DNA of 64,000 nt from a virus: positions 1 to 64,000 of the IMG/VR virus record IMGVR_UViG_3300035698_010358; one strand, 5' to 3'. Shown piece after piece: positions 9,213 to 19,188 of the stretch. Every line of letters starts with the position of its first letter. The first letter of the stretch is position 1. The notes beneath the pieces were generated by a model. That model did no database searches and had not been told where the DNA came from. It was given only the letters and a program-made list of their open reading frames with translations. The position numbers and the translations under genes were made by a program.

Positions 9213-10316
9213 ATGGCCCAGATAGTTCACAAACGTGGAGTTTTCCGGAAATTCAGAGCACTGAGCAGTATTCACATGGGGGCCTACGAAATGGACCTCC
9301 CGGCAAACTCAGAGGTTGAATTCGATGGCGTGGTGCTGATGTGGGGGGATGAGAAATATAATCTCCCTTTATTTGCTGGGGCTATCAATGCTAAATGGGC
9401 TGTCCCTATTGAGGATAACATCAGTCGTTATATCCCTCAGCCTGCCGGTGTTGAAGTTCGACCTGCTACATCGGACGGTCCTGAACGGGGTGCCCCGATG
9501 GTAATTGGGAAATCTCCTGATGAGGAAGATGTTCTGGTCGGCACAGTCGATGGCAACAATGCTCGTCGAGAATCCATTAATCATCCTCCAGTTCCTGCTG
9601 CTTCTCAGGACTCAATGGATAGAGCTGCTTCTCTGGCCACAGCACTTCGTCAACAGGCGGCTGCTGCTGAAGCTGCTGTAAAAGTAGAAACAGGTGATGA
9701 AACTCCTGTCACGGATGTTGGTTTCGTTGATGAAGTTAATGCTGAGACAGTCTATGCAGATCCTCCAAGTGTTCAACATTCGGATGACGATGATCCGGCA
9801 CCTGTCGTGATTCAATCCAAGACGTTTGATGACACCCCGAAGGTTACCCATAATGGGATGGAGATTATCTCCGAAGACCAGCAAGCTGTTCCTGTTGCCA
9901 CCATCGGTGATAGGAGTTCGGCTGCCGTCGGTTCTAATGCTTTGTCAAAGAATCGTACTGTCCTGTCGGATGCTTCTCAGGCAGCAACGGCTGTTAGAAT
10001 GGCAGAGGCCACAAAGCCTATCAGAACCATCAAGAAACCTGCTCCCATAGCTCAACCTACTCCCATAGCTCAACCTGCTCCCGTAGCTCAACCAGCTCCC
10101 GTAGCTCAACCAGCTCCCGTAGCAAAAACGGCTGCTGATGCCCCGGCTAAGAAAATCAAATGGAGCCGTAGTGGGATGAAACCCACAGAACGAGCCGTGG
10201 CTGCTGTAAGCAAGTACGGTTCTGATGAGAAAGCTCTGAAACAGATTATGAAACAAGAAACTGATCAGGTACGTCGACTGATCCGTAGAGAGCGGAAGAC
10301 CCAACAACGGGGTTAA
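9213..10316 (+). CDS. Hypothetical protein with low-complexity Ala/Pro linker
   Basis: GGAGG RBS; 367 aa; PAPVAQ repeats. Confidence 0.7.
   Translation: MAQIVHKRGVFRKFRALSSIHMGAYEMDLPANSEVEFDGVVLMWGDEKYNLPLFAGAINAKWAVPIEDNISRYIPQPAGVEVRPATSDGPERGAPMVIGKSPDEEDVLVGTVDGNNARRESINHPPVPAASQDSMDRAASLATALRQQAAAAEAAVKVETGDETPVTDVGFVDEVNAETVYADPPSVQHSDDDDPAPVVIQSKTFDDTPKVTHNGMEIISEDQQAVPVATIGDRSSAAVGSNALSKNRTVLSDASQAATAVRMAEATKPIRTIKKPAPIAQPTPIAQPAPVAQPAPVAQPAPVAKTAADAPAKKIKWSRSGMKPTERAVAAVSKYGSDEKALKQIMKQETDQVRRLIRRERKTQQRG
10038..10124 (+). repeat. 18-nt coding tandem repeat (PAPVAQ), about 5 copies
   Basis: cctgctcccatagctcaa-like units in tandem. Confidence 0.85.
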
Positions 10317-10395
10317 AACCTTTTTATGTGTCGGTTATCTTTCAATGATAAACCTCTGTTGGGAACATAATGTTTCCTAATGGAGGTTTTTCATT

Positions 10396-11070
10396 GTGAG
10401 ACAAAGTAAAAAAGCCAGTAGTCAAGCAGCATGGGCACTCCTAATGGGAGGTGTTGCACACGCCCGAGTAGATGCCCATCGTCTGAAACACCTGATAAAT
10501 CGAGCATTTCGTTTGGTGGAGGCTTCTGATGAAAAAGAACATATTTACCAAGTGGCCGGGGATATCATCGTAGGTATTCCTAAAAGGCTCGAACATTTAG
10601 AGATTGATTTGGACAGGACTGGTCTGGCATTATCTAAAATGGGTGCTGATTTTCTTTCTGCCCGATTACCTTTATCAGACAAAGTAATGGTGGATGAAGC
10701 TGTAGAAGCAGCTTTTGGACGACCTACTCCAAAGGACTCAGACGTAGCAAGATTGGCCAAGAGGTTCATGTTAGCTGTCATTAAAGAAAAATGGCCAAAG
10801 GCTCCCGGAGCAATTAAGGATGTTTTGGCCAAGTTAGATGAGTCTGGGGCCAAGTATAAGAAAATCTCTGATTGGTATCGGTGGGAATTTTCAGGTGATT
10901 ACAGTTACATTGCCTATCACCCCAAACGAGCCAAGCTCCTGAATATAAGTGGGGGTCAAGGGTCGAAGGCTTATACCTGGTTTGCCCGTAATAATTCCCA
11001 CAGATTCTCTGTGCAACCTATGGATGGTGGCACGGATGGCCCCTCCAATTGGCAGTGTAAACTGAAATGA
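10396..11070 (+). CDS. Hypothetical protein (candidate head-associated)
   Basis: GGAGG RBS and GTG start; contains VARLAKRF motif. Confidence 0.65.
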   Translation: MRQSKKASSQAAWALLMGGVAHARVDAHRLKHLINRAFRLVEASDEKEHIYQVAGDIIVGIPKRLEHLEIDLDRTGLALSKMGADFLSARLPLSDKVMVDEAVEAAFGRPTPKDSDVARLAKRFMLAVIKEKWPKAPGAIKDVLAKLDESGAKYKKISDWYRWEFSGDYSYIAYHPKRAKLLNISGGQGSKAYTWFARNNSHRFSVQPMDGGTDGPSNWQCKLK

Positions 11071-12635
11071 GACGAAAAAGCTACAGCAGACCCACACAGG
11101 AATTACCCGGAGCTCAGACGTTTGTTCGTCCTGATACGGGTGATAAAAATAAGGATGTCAAACAGATTCTTCCTTCCCCTCCGTGGTCTCGTAGTAAACC
11201 AGCCCCACCTCTCGGATTTGGTAAGCCTGCTCCAGGGAATCAGAACTATAAGATTCCAAATAAACCTGGTGAAGATTCCCCTATTCCAAACCCTGCTCCA
11301 AGTACTACGGTTCATCGCCGCCCTGAAGTGAATTCAGCAGTGACTCGCCCCGGCCCACCTTCGGCTCTTAAACGGCAAAAAGATCAACGGGGCCAAGCCA
11401 AGATGTACCACAGAAAGTATTACAGGGGAAACAAAGGGAAAATTAAGCATCGGATGAAAATCTGGTATAATAAATGGAAGAACAAGTTTAATTATAAAAA
11501 AGACCAAGAGAAACGTCGAAAAAACCCTCAACGGTTTGAAAGAAAACCTGGTGGGGGGATTCAAGAGAATAAGAATAGGGCTGAACGTGATAGAAATAAG
11601 AATGCTGCGATGATGAATCTTCCAGCAGCTCGTTTAGTCAGTCTCGTAACTGGTCAGTATGGAATGATGTTAGGGGCCGACCCTGACACAGGTTACATCC
11701 TGTTGTATCTGGATAATCATGAAACAGTCGAAGTTCCTTTGGAAGTTTTCCTAGATGATTTTGTTATGTTATCAGAAGAAGATATTGAAACAGCTATGGA
11801 AAATCTTGATGCTGCTTTTGATATGGATGAAGAATCTGAGGCCGTTGATCGGATAGCTGCTCGGTATGCTGATTTTTTATATGAGAAACGTCCTCCTCAG
11901 ATGGATCCTGACACAACATATGATCGGGGTTCCGAACGGCAGAAGGATGATCCTCCCCCACCTGCACCGGGTCGAACACCTAATACTTATGTGTGGGACA
12001 ATCCAGGGTCAGCCAAGGTTATCCCTGACAACCGTGATTTTATTAATAATAAGGCTGCTATCAAAGTAGCGGCCAAGATTGCTGACATTCAGGATGCTTG
12101 CAGTTCTGAGTTACGTTCGAAAGCTGGGGGTGTGGAGATTCGTTTGGCTCGGGTAGATAATAAGAATGCAATGTGGTCATTCGATGCTACCGGGTCTGGT
12201 GGGAAGAAATATCGGATAAAGATTAAAGCTATTCCTAAAAAGGGAAATATTCGGGATATGAAGAAGGCTGACATCCTTGTTTCATGTTCCTGTCCGTATT
12301 GGCAATGGCAGGGTCCTGAGTATTATGCTAGGCAAGAAGGGTATCTCCTGGGTAAACCCCGAGGGACAGCTTCTAAACCTGACGTAAAAGACCCTCACAG
12401 CCACCACAAGGCGTGTAAGCATATTTTGGCATGTCTTGATAGGGTGGCAGGTTACACAGTGCCTGTGAAGCTGGGGAGAGCCAAGAAGACTGCTTCTGCA
12501 CTTCAGTATCTGGCTGATATTGTTTCTCAGGGAAAGATTATTGTTGTTTCTCGTGATCAAATGGAGTTAGAGTTGTTCGTTCGTCGGTATGGTTTGAAGA
12601 AGGCTTTTACAGGAGGAAACCATGCCAATTTATGA
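11067..12635 (+). CDS. Multidomain protein with C-terminal SWIM-type zinc finger
   Basis: VSCSCPYWQW...ACKHILA; basic N-terminal region; VDRIAARY motif. Confidence 0.65.
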   Translation: MRRKSYSRPTQELPGAQTFVRPDTGDKNKDVKQILPSPPWSRSKPAPPLGFGKPAPGNQNYKIPNKPGEDSPIPNPAPSTTVHRRPEVNSAVTRPGPPSALKRQKDQRGQAKMYHRKYYRGNKGKIKHRMKIWYNKWKNKFNYKKDQEKRRKNPQRFERKPGGGIQENKNRAERDRNKNAAMMNLPAARLVSLVTGQYGMMLGADPDTGYILLYLDNHETVEVPLEVFLDDFVMLSEEDIETAMENLDAAFDMDEESEAVDRIAARYADFLYEKRPPQMDPDTTYDRGSERQKDDPPPPAPGRTPNTYVWDNPGSAKVIPDNRDFINNKAAIKVAAKIADIQDACSSELRSKAGGVEIRLARVDNKNAMWSFDATGSGGKKYRIKIKAIPKKGNIRDMKKADILVSCSCPYWQWQGPEYYARQEGYLLGKPRGTASKPDVKDPHSHHKACKHILACLDRVAGYTVPVKLGRAKKTASALQYLADIVSQGKIIVVSRDQMELELFVRRYGLKKAFTGGNHANL

Positions 12636-13011
12636 ATTTAGATGTTGTGATGAGAAATGTTTGGAAGAGTTCGAGATGATTTTAACCTTTGACGAGTATA
12701 GAAACCCCCAAGTTTGCCCTGTTTGCGGAAAGTCTTCCAAAAAGCTGGTGTCCTTGGGTGATTTTATCCTGAAGGGGGATGGATGGTACGGAAAAGCCCA
12801 GAGAATTAAAGGGCAGATGAAAAAGAAGAACGAACGTATTCTGGAACGTCAGAAAGATAGATATCACGGGACTGGTCCATGCTTACAACCGAATGTAGGT
12901 GGGGAACATGTTGATTCATGGAAAGATGCTCAAAAACTTGCTGCCGATAAGGGGAAGGTTTCTGAGACCTATCAGCCTATGGTAGAAAAAGAAAAAAGAG
13001 GTGCCGTATGA
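12622..13011 (+). CDS. FmdB-family zinc-ribbon protein
   Basis: MPIYEFRC..C..FE...CPVCG...FILKGDGWY. Confidence 0.8.
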   Translation: MPIYEFRCCDEKCLEEFEMILTFDEYRNPQVCPVCGKSSKKLVSLGDFILKGDGWYGKAQRIKGQMKKKNERILERQKDRYHGTGPCLQPNVGGEHVDSWKDAQKLAADKGKVSETYQPMVEKEKRGAV

Positions 13012-13868
13012 GCAATTATGGACCATTTGATGCCCGTATCGGCATCTTGGAGCGTACACCACATTTCGTTGATTTAATTACTCGGAACAAACCGGGTGTG
13101 ACTCAATACCGTCTTTGGGGTGCTCGTAACATCAATGATGTTTACGGGGATTTAACTGATAGTGGTGTTGGTGGTACTGGCCCAACATTGATGATGACAG
13201 CCAATTTTGCAGGGCAGCGTGTTCAGAGTCCTGAGCTTGTCCGTCGTAGGGCTGGGATGGTTGAGGAAAGCCGTAAAGGCCAGACTTCTTTCCAGTTTGA
13301 CATCGTTGATTTCCTGGCTCCGGGGGTCCCTCAACCATTTGGTTCGGATGAGGAACCTGTATTTGTCCGTTTGCAGGAGTTCAGGCAGGCAACAGGATTA
13401 TGGCAATCTGTTCCAATAGGAGCACCTATCAATCCAGGTGTGCCAATCCTCGGACCCGCTCTGGTAGTTCCCGGATCAAGACAAAACAAAGCAATTTCTA
13501 CTGAAGTTATGGGTATTGCCCCAGCAGCCACGGGTTGCATGGAGATGTATCCCCCGAACTTTGATGAGACACTTCAGCAACCCATCCCGATGCATTTTGT
13601 GTTCCCTCGGCCTGTGGACAATATTATTATTCGTAATGATGCTGAAGACGAAGATACATGGCTTTTGGTGTCCTACGGCATTGGCCAGCATATGTTTGCT
13701 ATTCCGGGTGGTAGGGGCAACCAAAGTACCGTGGCTTATGATTCGGCTCAAGGTAGCATTCATGAAATGATTGTGGCTTGTGATACCCCGGTTCCACCAA
13801 GTTCTATTGGTGCTGACCCAGGGTGTCCATTTACGGTAGTCGTTGTTTCACCCAGTTGGAGGATGTAA
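13008..13868 (+). CDS. Hypothetical protein (possibly structural)
   Basis: GAGG RBS; 286 aa; overlaps the upstream stop. Confidence 0.65.
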   Translation: MSNYGPFDARIGILERTPHFVDLITRNKPGVTQYRLWGARNINDVYGDLTDSGVGGTGPTLMMTANFAGQRVQSPELVRRRAGMVEESRKGQTSFQFDIVDFLAPGVPQPFGSDEEPVFVRLQEFRQATGLWQSVPIGAPINPGVPILGPALVVPGSRQNKAISTEVMGIAPAATGCMEMYPPNFDETLQQPIPMHFVFPRPVDNIIIRNDAEDEDTWLLVSYGIGQHMFAIPGGRGNQSTVAYDSAQGSIHEMIVACDTPVPPSSIGADPGCPFTVVVVSPSWRM

Positions 13869-13871
13869 ACA

Positions 13872-14201
13872 GTGGCAAAAAAAGAGAACCGCTGGCCTCC
13901 TATGATTAGCCCTCCTGGTTGGTTGATTGAGTCGGAGATGAACGGGCAGGGGTTAATGATTAAGGATTTGGTTACTCATACCGGTGTGTCACATGATGAA
14001 ATACAGAGGATATTTTCAGGTGTCACAGAAATCACTCCAGAATTTGCTGAAAGTGTTGAAGGCATGTTAAGTATTGGTAAGTCTTTACTTTTAAGACTGG
14101 TGGATGATTATAAAGGTTATTTGGGGTTCCGTGAGTGGGAAACTAACCAAGAGTCAATAAGACTATTACCCTGTTTGAAAATGTTTATGAACCTCATATA
14201 A
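13872..14201 (+). CDS. HigA/VapI-like Xre HTH protein (orphan antitoxin-like)
   Basis: SPPGWLI..E, LMIKDLVTHTGVSHDEIQRIFSG, EITPEFAESVEGML...LRLVDDY match the HigA pattern. Confidence 0.65.
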   Translation: MAKKENRWPPMISPPGWLIESEMNGQGLMIKDLVTHTGVSHDEIQRIFSGVTEITPEFAESVEGMLSIGKSLLLRLVDDYKGYLGFREWETNQESIRLLPCLKMFMNLI

Positions 14202-14329
14202 TGCTGGCTTTCATCCTTTCATAACCAAACTATTGAAGCAACTCCTAGTTTAATAAACCCCTACAGTTAAGTGAGCAGGAATTTGTCCTGCTTGTTCGGA
14301 TTAATTTCTTTCGAGACGGAGGTTAAAAC

Positions 14330-15511
14330 ATGCCTTATATCTGTCTAACAAGAAGTGACATCCCGGACGGAACATTGCAGATTTTAGATTTGATACCTAA
14401 CGCATCCCAACGGCACCCAGGTTATGACCCCCCTGCCCAGACGCGTTATATAAATCGAGTCCAAAATGAAGCTATTGCTCTTGTCAACGGGGTGTCCTAC
14501 GGGGTAAAAAATGGGCTGGCTGCCTATATCCTGGACAGAGTCGAGCCGGGCGGACTACAAGTTGGGTCGGCTGAAGTGGATTTGGATGCTCCTGGAGCAG
14601 TCCTAGCTACTGACACTATCACCATTGGTGGAGTTGTTTTCACAGCTACGGATGGGTTGTATGACCCTGCATTACAGGAATTCTATTCTGATGTGGGTGG
14701 TGGTTCTGACGAAACAGTCATGGCCAATTCACTTATTGATGCTGTAAACGACCCTGCAACTCAGGCATTGCTCCTGGCAGCGGGTTCTACTGTTACAGCA
14801 TCTGCTGGTGCTTCATTAGGTGCTGGACAAGTCACTCTGACAGCCGATACGGCTGGTGCAACTGGAGGATTAACTCTGGCTGAAAGCACTGCCGGGTTAC
14901 GGATTGACATTTCAAATGATCATCTGGCTCGAACTTTTGAGGCTTTTACAGCCCGACAGCTTGCCAACATTACCGAACGAATCATTATTCGTTTGGATGC
15001 AGCTTCTGCTCTGACGGCTACTGATGTCAATACTGCAATCAATGCTGAGGGTGGTGTTTCTGGTTGTTCGATTGCCAGTGTTGGAACTCTGGGTTCTCTG
15101 GTGGAAATGCTTTCAATCCTGGCTGGCCGTGGATACAGACTTCCTGACTTGGCTTCCGTCTACACAGGGGCAACTTATGACATCTGGCATAGTGCAGCAG
15201 CCGGAGGTTTTGACATCTCCCGTTTGGTGAATGACACCAATATGGTAGCTGGTGAGCTTACCCCAACAAACATTGGTGGTGACAGTGCTCAGGTTCCGGT
15301 GAAAGGTATCACAAATACTTTCCACAGTTCAGCTTTAGACATTTCCCTTCTGGAAGGTGATCTGTCAAAGATGGGCTCAGGACTCACACTCTGGCCGGAT
15401 AGTGACCCTATCCCCCATTTCCCGTGGACGTACCAGAAGGGTACTTCTTATGCTCAAACAACCGCCCGTGTCGTCACAGTCTATGATGATGACGGCACAG
15501 TTCTCGTCTAA
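14330..15511 (+). CDS. Virion structural protein, paralog 1 of 3
   Basis: N-terminal YICLTRSDI..LQILDLIPNASQ and C-terminal VTVYDDDGTVL shared with the next two genes. Confidence 0.7.
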   Translation: MPYICLTRSDIPDGTLQILDLIPNASQRHPGYDPPAQTRYINRVQNEAIALVNGVSYGVKNGLAAYILDRVEPGGLQVGSAEVDLDAPGAVLATDTITIGGVVFTATDGLYDPALQEFYSDVGGGSDETVMANSLIDAVNDPATQALLLAAGSTVTASAGASLGAGQVTLTADTAGATGGLTLAESTAGLRIDISNDHLARTFEAFTARQLANITERIIIRLDAASALTATDVNTAINAEGGVSGCSIASVGTLGSLVEMLSILAGRGYRLPDLASVYTGATYDIWHSAAAGGFDISRLVNDTNMVAGELTPTNIGGDSAQVPVKGITNTFHSSALDISLLEGDLSKMGSGLTLWPDSDPIPHFPWTYQKGTSYAQTTARVVTVYDDDGTVLV

Positions 15512-15525
15512 AGGAGGGATTTACT

Positions 15526-16332
15526 ATGGCTTATGCGTACATCGTATTGAACCGTAACGACATTGCAGACAACCTTCTGCAAGTGTTTGACATCAAACCC
15601 AACACTAGCCAGCTCGGCATTTATGATGCTGCTTGGGCTAGCCAGGGTGGTCAAACTGGGTATTTAACGTGGCTGTCCCAACACGATGTTGTGGCTACCA
15701 CAGCTGGAGCTGCTGCCATTGAAGTCACTGATGCTGCATACAAAGGGCTGAATGCTTACCTGATTGATAACGTTGAAAACGTTCAGGATGGTAACTTGGC
15801 TCTGACCGACACTCTGGCTATTGCAGTTGGGGATCTTATCCGTGACCGTTTATCGGCAGGTGGAACTCTGACTCTGGCCATCCTCAACACCATTATCAAC
15901 AATACCATCGGTGGGGCAGCCAGCTCTGACCTCGATGGTACAGCAGCAGCCTCCTACTCGACTGGGACGGTTGAGGAAGTCCTCCGTGTTCTGGCCGGTG
16001 AGGTTTACCGTGTCCCAGCAGGAGCTCAGGTTGGTAATGCTGCCAATGCTTTCCCTGGTCATGGTACAACCCACGTCAGGCTTGGTGGCTATGTGGCTAC
16101 TACGGACAGTGAATTCCGTCACGTTCGTAAGTTTGCTAACACAGGTGCCCTGAACCTGTCGTGTTTGTCGGGCAACATGTCCAAGATTAAAGCGGCCACC
16201 TACTCCTTCGTGAACCCTCTGTTCACCTATGGGGCAGCAGGCACAGCTTTGACATTGGATGGAACCCATATCCCAGCAACCGGAGTTGCAGCAGCTGTTG
16301 CAGTCTACGAAAATGACGGCGAACTGCTGTAA
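15526..16332 (+). CDS. Virion structural protein, paralog 2 of 3
   Basis: YIVLNRNDI..LQVFDIKPNTSQ ... VAVYENDGELL. Confidence 0.7.
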   Translation: MAYAYIVLNRNDIADNLLQVFDIKPNTSQLGIYDAAWASQGGQTGYLTWLSQHDVVATTAGAAAIEVTDAAYKGLNAYLIDNVENVQDGNLALTDTLAIAVGDLIRDRLSAGGTLTLAILNTIINNTIGGAASSDLDGTAAASYSTGTVEEVLRVLAGEVYRVPAGAQVGNAANAFPGHGTTHVRLGGYVATTDSEFRHVRKFANTGALNLSCLSGNMSKIKAATYSFVNPLFTYGAAGTALTLDGTHIPATGVAAAVAVYENDGELL

Positions 16333-16344
16333 GGAGGTAATTTC

Positions 16345-17292
16345 ATGGCACATAGAGCTTATGTTCTTGCCCAACGGAACGATGTGACTGGGATGAATAT
16401 CCAAGTCCTCGATCTCAAGCCAAATTCGAGCCAGAAAAGTGGTTCTTATGATGGTGACGGGCAAACTTTCTATTTGAATTCCATTGACACCGCTGGAACT
16501 ACCCACATGATTGACAATGGGTATGAGTCCGGCAGTCGTCAGACGACTATGATTGCTTTTTACGAAGCAGTTGCCGATGACACCACCGGTGGTGGAAACG
16601 ACGTTCTTGCTAACCAGAATGCCTGCCTTGGTTTGGCTGCTTACCTCCGTGAGCATGTACAACCTGGTGGTGTTGCCTCGGCTACAGCCGGTCGTATGAC
16701 CTTGGCTCATGCTAACGATCAGGCAAGTGCTATCTTGGCTTTGGTGGTTTCTGGTAGTGACTTGACTTTGGCTGGAATCAACGCAGTCCTGGTGAGTGTG
16801 GCAGACGGTGGTGTGGCCAACACGGACCTCGACGGTGCAGCAACCCTGTCGAAATCGTTCGGTAGTGTGAGCGACATCCTTCGTATCGTAGCTGGTGAGA
16901 TTTATCGTTCTCCGATGAATTGCATCGTCTGTAACGTAGCCAATCAGTTCCAGTCCCTGGCAGAACGAGATGTTCTGGTACTTGCCCAAGTGAGTGCAAC
17001 TACTGAGAAGACCTTCGTGTCTCAAGGTGGCTTCTTGAGTAATCTGGAAAACGGTTACGAGAAAATCCCGACGTTGGCAATCACTGGTGATATGATGGCA
17101 TCCATCGGCGGTGGCTACCTGTTCAAAATGGAAGCTGGGATGACCTTCAAAAACCCTGGCTTTGCTTATGCAGCAGCCGATGTCACTCCTTACAAACCCC
17201 GTGCCAATGACCTGAGTGGTACAAACATTCCGGCAACAGGGACTCTGGGAGCCGTGCGTGTTTACGATTATGAAGGAACCAACCTGCTGTAA
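16345..17292 (+). CDS. Virion structural protein, paralog 3 of 3
   Basis: YVLAQRNDV..IQVLDLKPNSSQ ... VRVYDYEGTNLL. Confidence 0.7.
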   Translation: MAHRAYVLAQRNDVTGMNIQVLDLKPNSSQKSGSYDGDGQTFYLNSIDTAGTTHMIDNGYESGSRQTTMIAFYEAVADDTTGGGNDVLANQNACLGLAAYLREHVQPGGVASATAGRMTLAHANDQASAILALVVSGSDLTLAGINAVLVSVADGGVANTDLDGAATLSKSFGSVSDILRIVAGEIYRSPMNCIVCNVANQFQSLAERDVLVLAQVSATTEKTFVSQGGFLSNLENGYEKIPTLAITGDMMASIGGGYLFKMEAGMTFKNPGFAYAAADVTPYKPRANDLSGTNIPATGTLGAVRVYDYEGTNLL

Positions 17293-17319
17293 AAAGCCAG
17301 TTCCTGCTCCAGATAGATG

Positions 17320-17349
17320 ACGGAGGCCATGATGGCCTCCGTTTTCTTT
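17320..17349 (+). terminator. Rho-independent terminator
   Basis: ACGGAGGCCA/TGGCCTCCGT stem plus Ts. Confidence 0.85.
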
Positions 17350-17422
17350 TATATAACCCTGCTTAGTATAGGAACCCCGTTTTTTGTGGGTGGGGGAAAT
17401 AAAACAGACAAGGAGAACAGAC

Positions 17423-17668
17423 ATGGAAACGACAAAAGAATTTAGAACTTCAGACCTCTATTTTGCAGCTTATCTGAAAGTGGCTGGTGTGGAATTCAAA
17501 GGAACGACCAAAGAAGGAAATCGAGTTTTCTTCATGTTCGAGTCTGGGGGAAGTATTCCTGACCTGAAAACACAGTATTTCAACCGGGTGGCTAAGGTCC
17601 CAGCCCTGACGTTCGTGGATGAAGTTCGTTCAATGAAGGGTCTGACTTACATGGAAACAGGAAGCTAA
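17423..17668 (+). CDS. DUF5659-like small protein
   Basis: AAGGAG RBS; FRTSDLYFAAYL..G...RVFFMF pattern. Confidence 0.65.
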   Translation: METTKEFRTSDLYFAAYLKVAGVEFKGTTKEGNRVFFMFESGGSIPDLKTQYFNRVAKVPALTFVDEVRSMKGLTYMETGS

Positions 17669-18028
17669 ATGGCCACTGTCCTTGCTAATAGTCCATTCAC
17701 ATTTCAGGTTTTATTCCTGGATGTGGACAATACCCCAATTGTTGTGTTGAATCCAACGATTACTATATTCAGTTATAGTGACCTTGGGGTAAAACAAGAG
17801 TTGGTTGCTGCCACCGTAATGGATCCAGTTACCCCCGTGGAAGTTGGCCGTTATATTTACACGTATACCGTGCCCAGTGTTTTTGATGAAGGGGATATGA
17901 TTTACGGTGAGATAATGGGAGAGCATCCTGTCAGTGGAGACCTTCTACGGTATAGTGAAGGTGTCTCAGTGGTGACGTTGCCGCCGGGGTCCCAAGGGTT
18001 GTCTTGGAATATCATCAAAGGTGGTTGA
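17669..18028 (+). CDS. Small Ig-like beta protein (putative structural)
   Basis: VGRYIYTYTVP resembles VGEYYASLMVP in 18688; abuts neighbours. Confidence 0.55.
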   Translation: MATVLANSPFTFQVLFLDVDNTPIVVLNPTITIFSYSDLGVKQELVAATVMDPVTPVEVGRYIYTYTVPSVFDEGDMIYGEIMGEHPVSGDLLRYSEGVSVVTLPPGSQGLSWNIIKGG

Positions 18029-18030
18029 AA

Positions 18031-18327
18031 ATGCTGTGGGTTTTGTTTCTTTTAGCCGTGTATGGCATCGTGTTCCTGCTCAGGCATAAATGGGAGCTGG
18101 GGTTTCTTCGTGGCTTCGAGTTCTTTGAGAGGCTATTGGACTGTGCCTTCTGTTTAGGTTTCTGGGTTGGAGGTCTAGTATGGACGGTCATTCAGACATT
18201 TTCCGACCTCATCATGGACACTAATAGTTGGATTGGGTTCTTTTTCTTCGGGATTATGTGGTCCTTTGCTTCAGCAGCGTTCTGTTACAACGTGGATAGA
18301 ATCGTGGAGGATTCAGAATGGATATGA
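18031..18327 (+). CDS. Small membrane protein, DUF1360-like
   Basis: Three hydrophobic segments; LLDCAFCLGFWVG. Confidence 0.6.
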   Translation: MLWVLFLLAVYGIVFLLRHKWELGFLRGFEFFERLLDCAFCLGFWVGGLVWTVIQTFSDLIMDTNSWIGFFFFGIMWSFASAAFCYNVDRIVEDSEWI

Positions 18328-18686
18328 GGATAGATTGCCAAGTAGACGTACCTATAGAGGTTCAAGGTGGTAATTTTGCTGATGCCTTTCGGATCATCAC
18401 TTTAAAAAATGATGAGTGTCTTTTGGATTTCATGTCCATCTCACAATGCCGTACCAAAGCATCTGTTGTGGCCAGAATCCGTGTAGAGAATAAATTCATG
18501 GCTTCTATTAGGGATCGATTGGAATCAACCCTGGAAGAAATAGATGGTAAGCATTACGGTACTCTGACACCAAAACAAGTTGAAGAGATGTGGTTTTTAG
18601 TAGACCAGTTTCCGATAGATGATGACCAGGAAGAAGGAGCATTACCATTAGCTTGGTATGTAACCCCTTCAGAAAAGGTAGATTAA
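18318..18686 (+). CDS. DUF3467-like protein; paralog of 8876-9109
   Basis: GGAGG RBS; shared motifs with 8876. Confidence 0.6.
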   Translation: MDMRIDCQVDVPIEVQGGNFADAFRIITLKNDECLLDFMSISQCRTKASVVARIRVENKFMASIRDRLESTLEEIDGKHYGTLTPKQVEEMWFLVDQFPIDDDQEEGALPLAWYVTPSEKVD

Positions 18687-18687
18687 G

Positions 18688-19188
18688 ATGTCAGTTGCAT
18701 TTGTTCCTGGAGAAACGATAGGGCGGGGGGATCTGGACATTTTCTTGCAGAGTGCTCAAGGTAACCCTGCAAATGCAGCAGAGATTTATTACACCCTCTA
18801 TTACGTATCCCCCGGACCCCCCGAATCTGAAGTTCAGGTTGGACAACCCCAACGAATACCAGTGAATCCAGCCGTCGGGGAGTATTATGCTTCTCTAATG
18901 GTTCCAGCAGGCTCAACCCCTGGGACGTATAGGATTCGGTGGACGTTCCGAGAATTGGTGAATTCTCCCCAGCAGCAAGTTGTTCAAGAATTTGCTGTTG
19001 TCACTGCAGCAGGGATAGCATTGGTTCCTGGATATGACCCGTATCAAACAGCAATGATGAATAGTCTTAGAATGCTTCTCAGAGATCAGTGTGTTGGTGA
19101 GGAGGTGAAAGTCGAAGTAGATGCCGACGGGGAACTTCTGGTTGTGTCTATGAAGGACTTATGGGAGGCTTTGAAAGATGAAGTCTAG
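18688..19188 (+). CDS. Fractured putative neck/head-tail gene, piece 1: 134-aa extein plus 32-aa intein N-fragment
   Basis: Ends LRDQ|CVGEEVKVEVDADGELLVVSMKDLWEALKDEV, an intein block A with Cys1 at 19090. Confidence 0.8.
   Translation: MSVAFVPGETIGRGDLDIFLQSAQGNPANAAEIYYTLYYVSPGPPESEVQVGQPQRIPVNPAVGEYYASLMVPAGSTPGTYRIRWTFRELVNSPQQQVVQEFAVVTAAGIALVPGYDPYQTAMMNSLRMLLRDQCVGEEVKVEVDADGELLVVSMKDLWEALKDEV

Noticed and set aside
15850-17424. 524-aa minus-strand ORF
   Set aside because: Antisense shadow of two + strand paralogues that have RBSs and shared motifs; the same applies to most short minus-strand ORFs in the track
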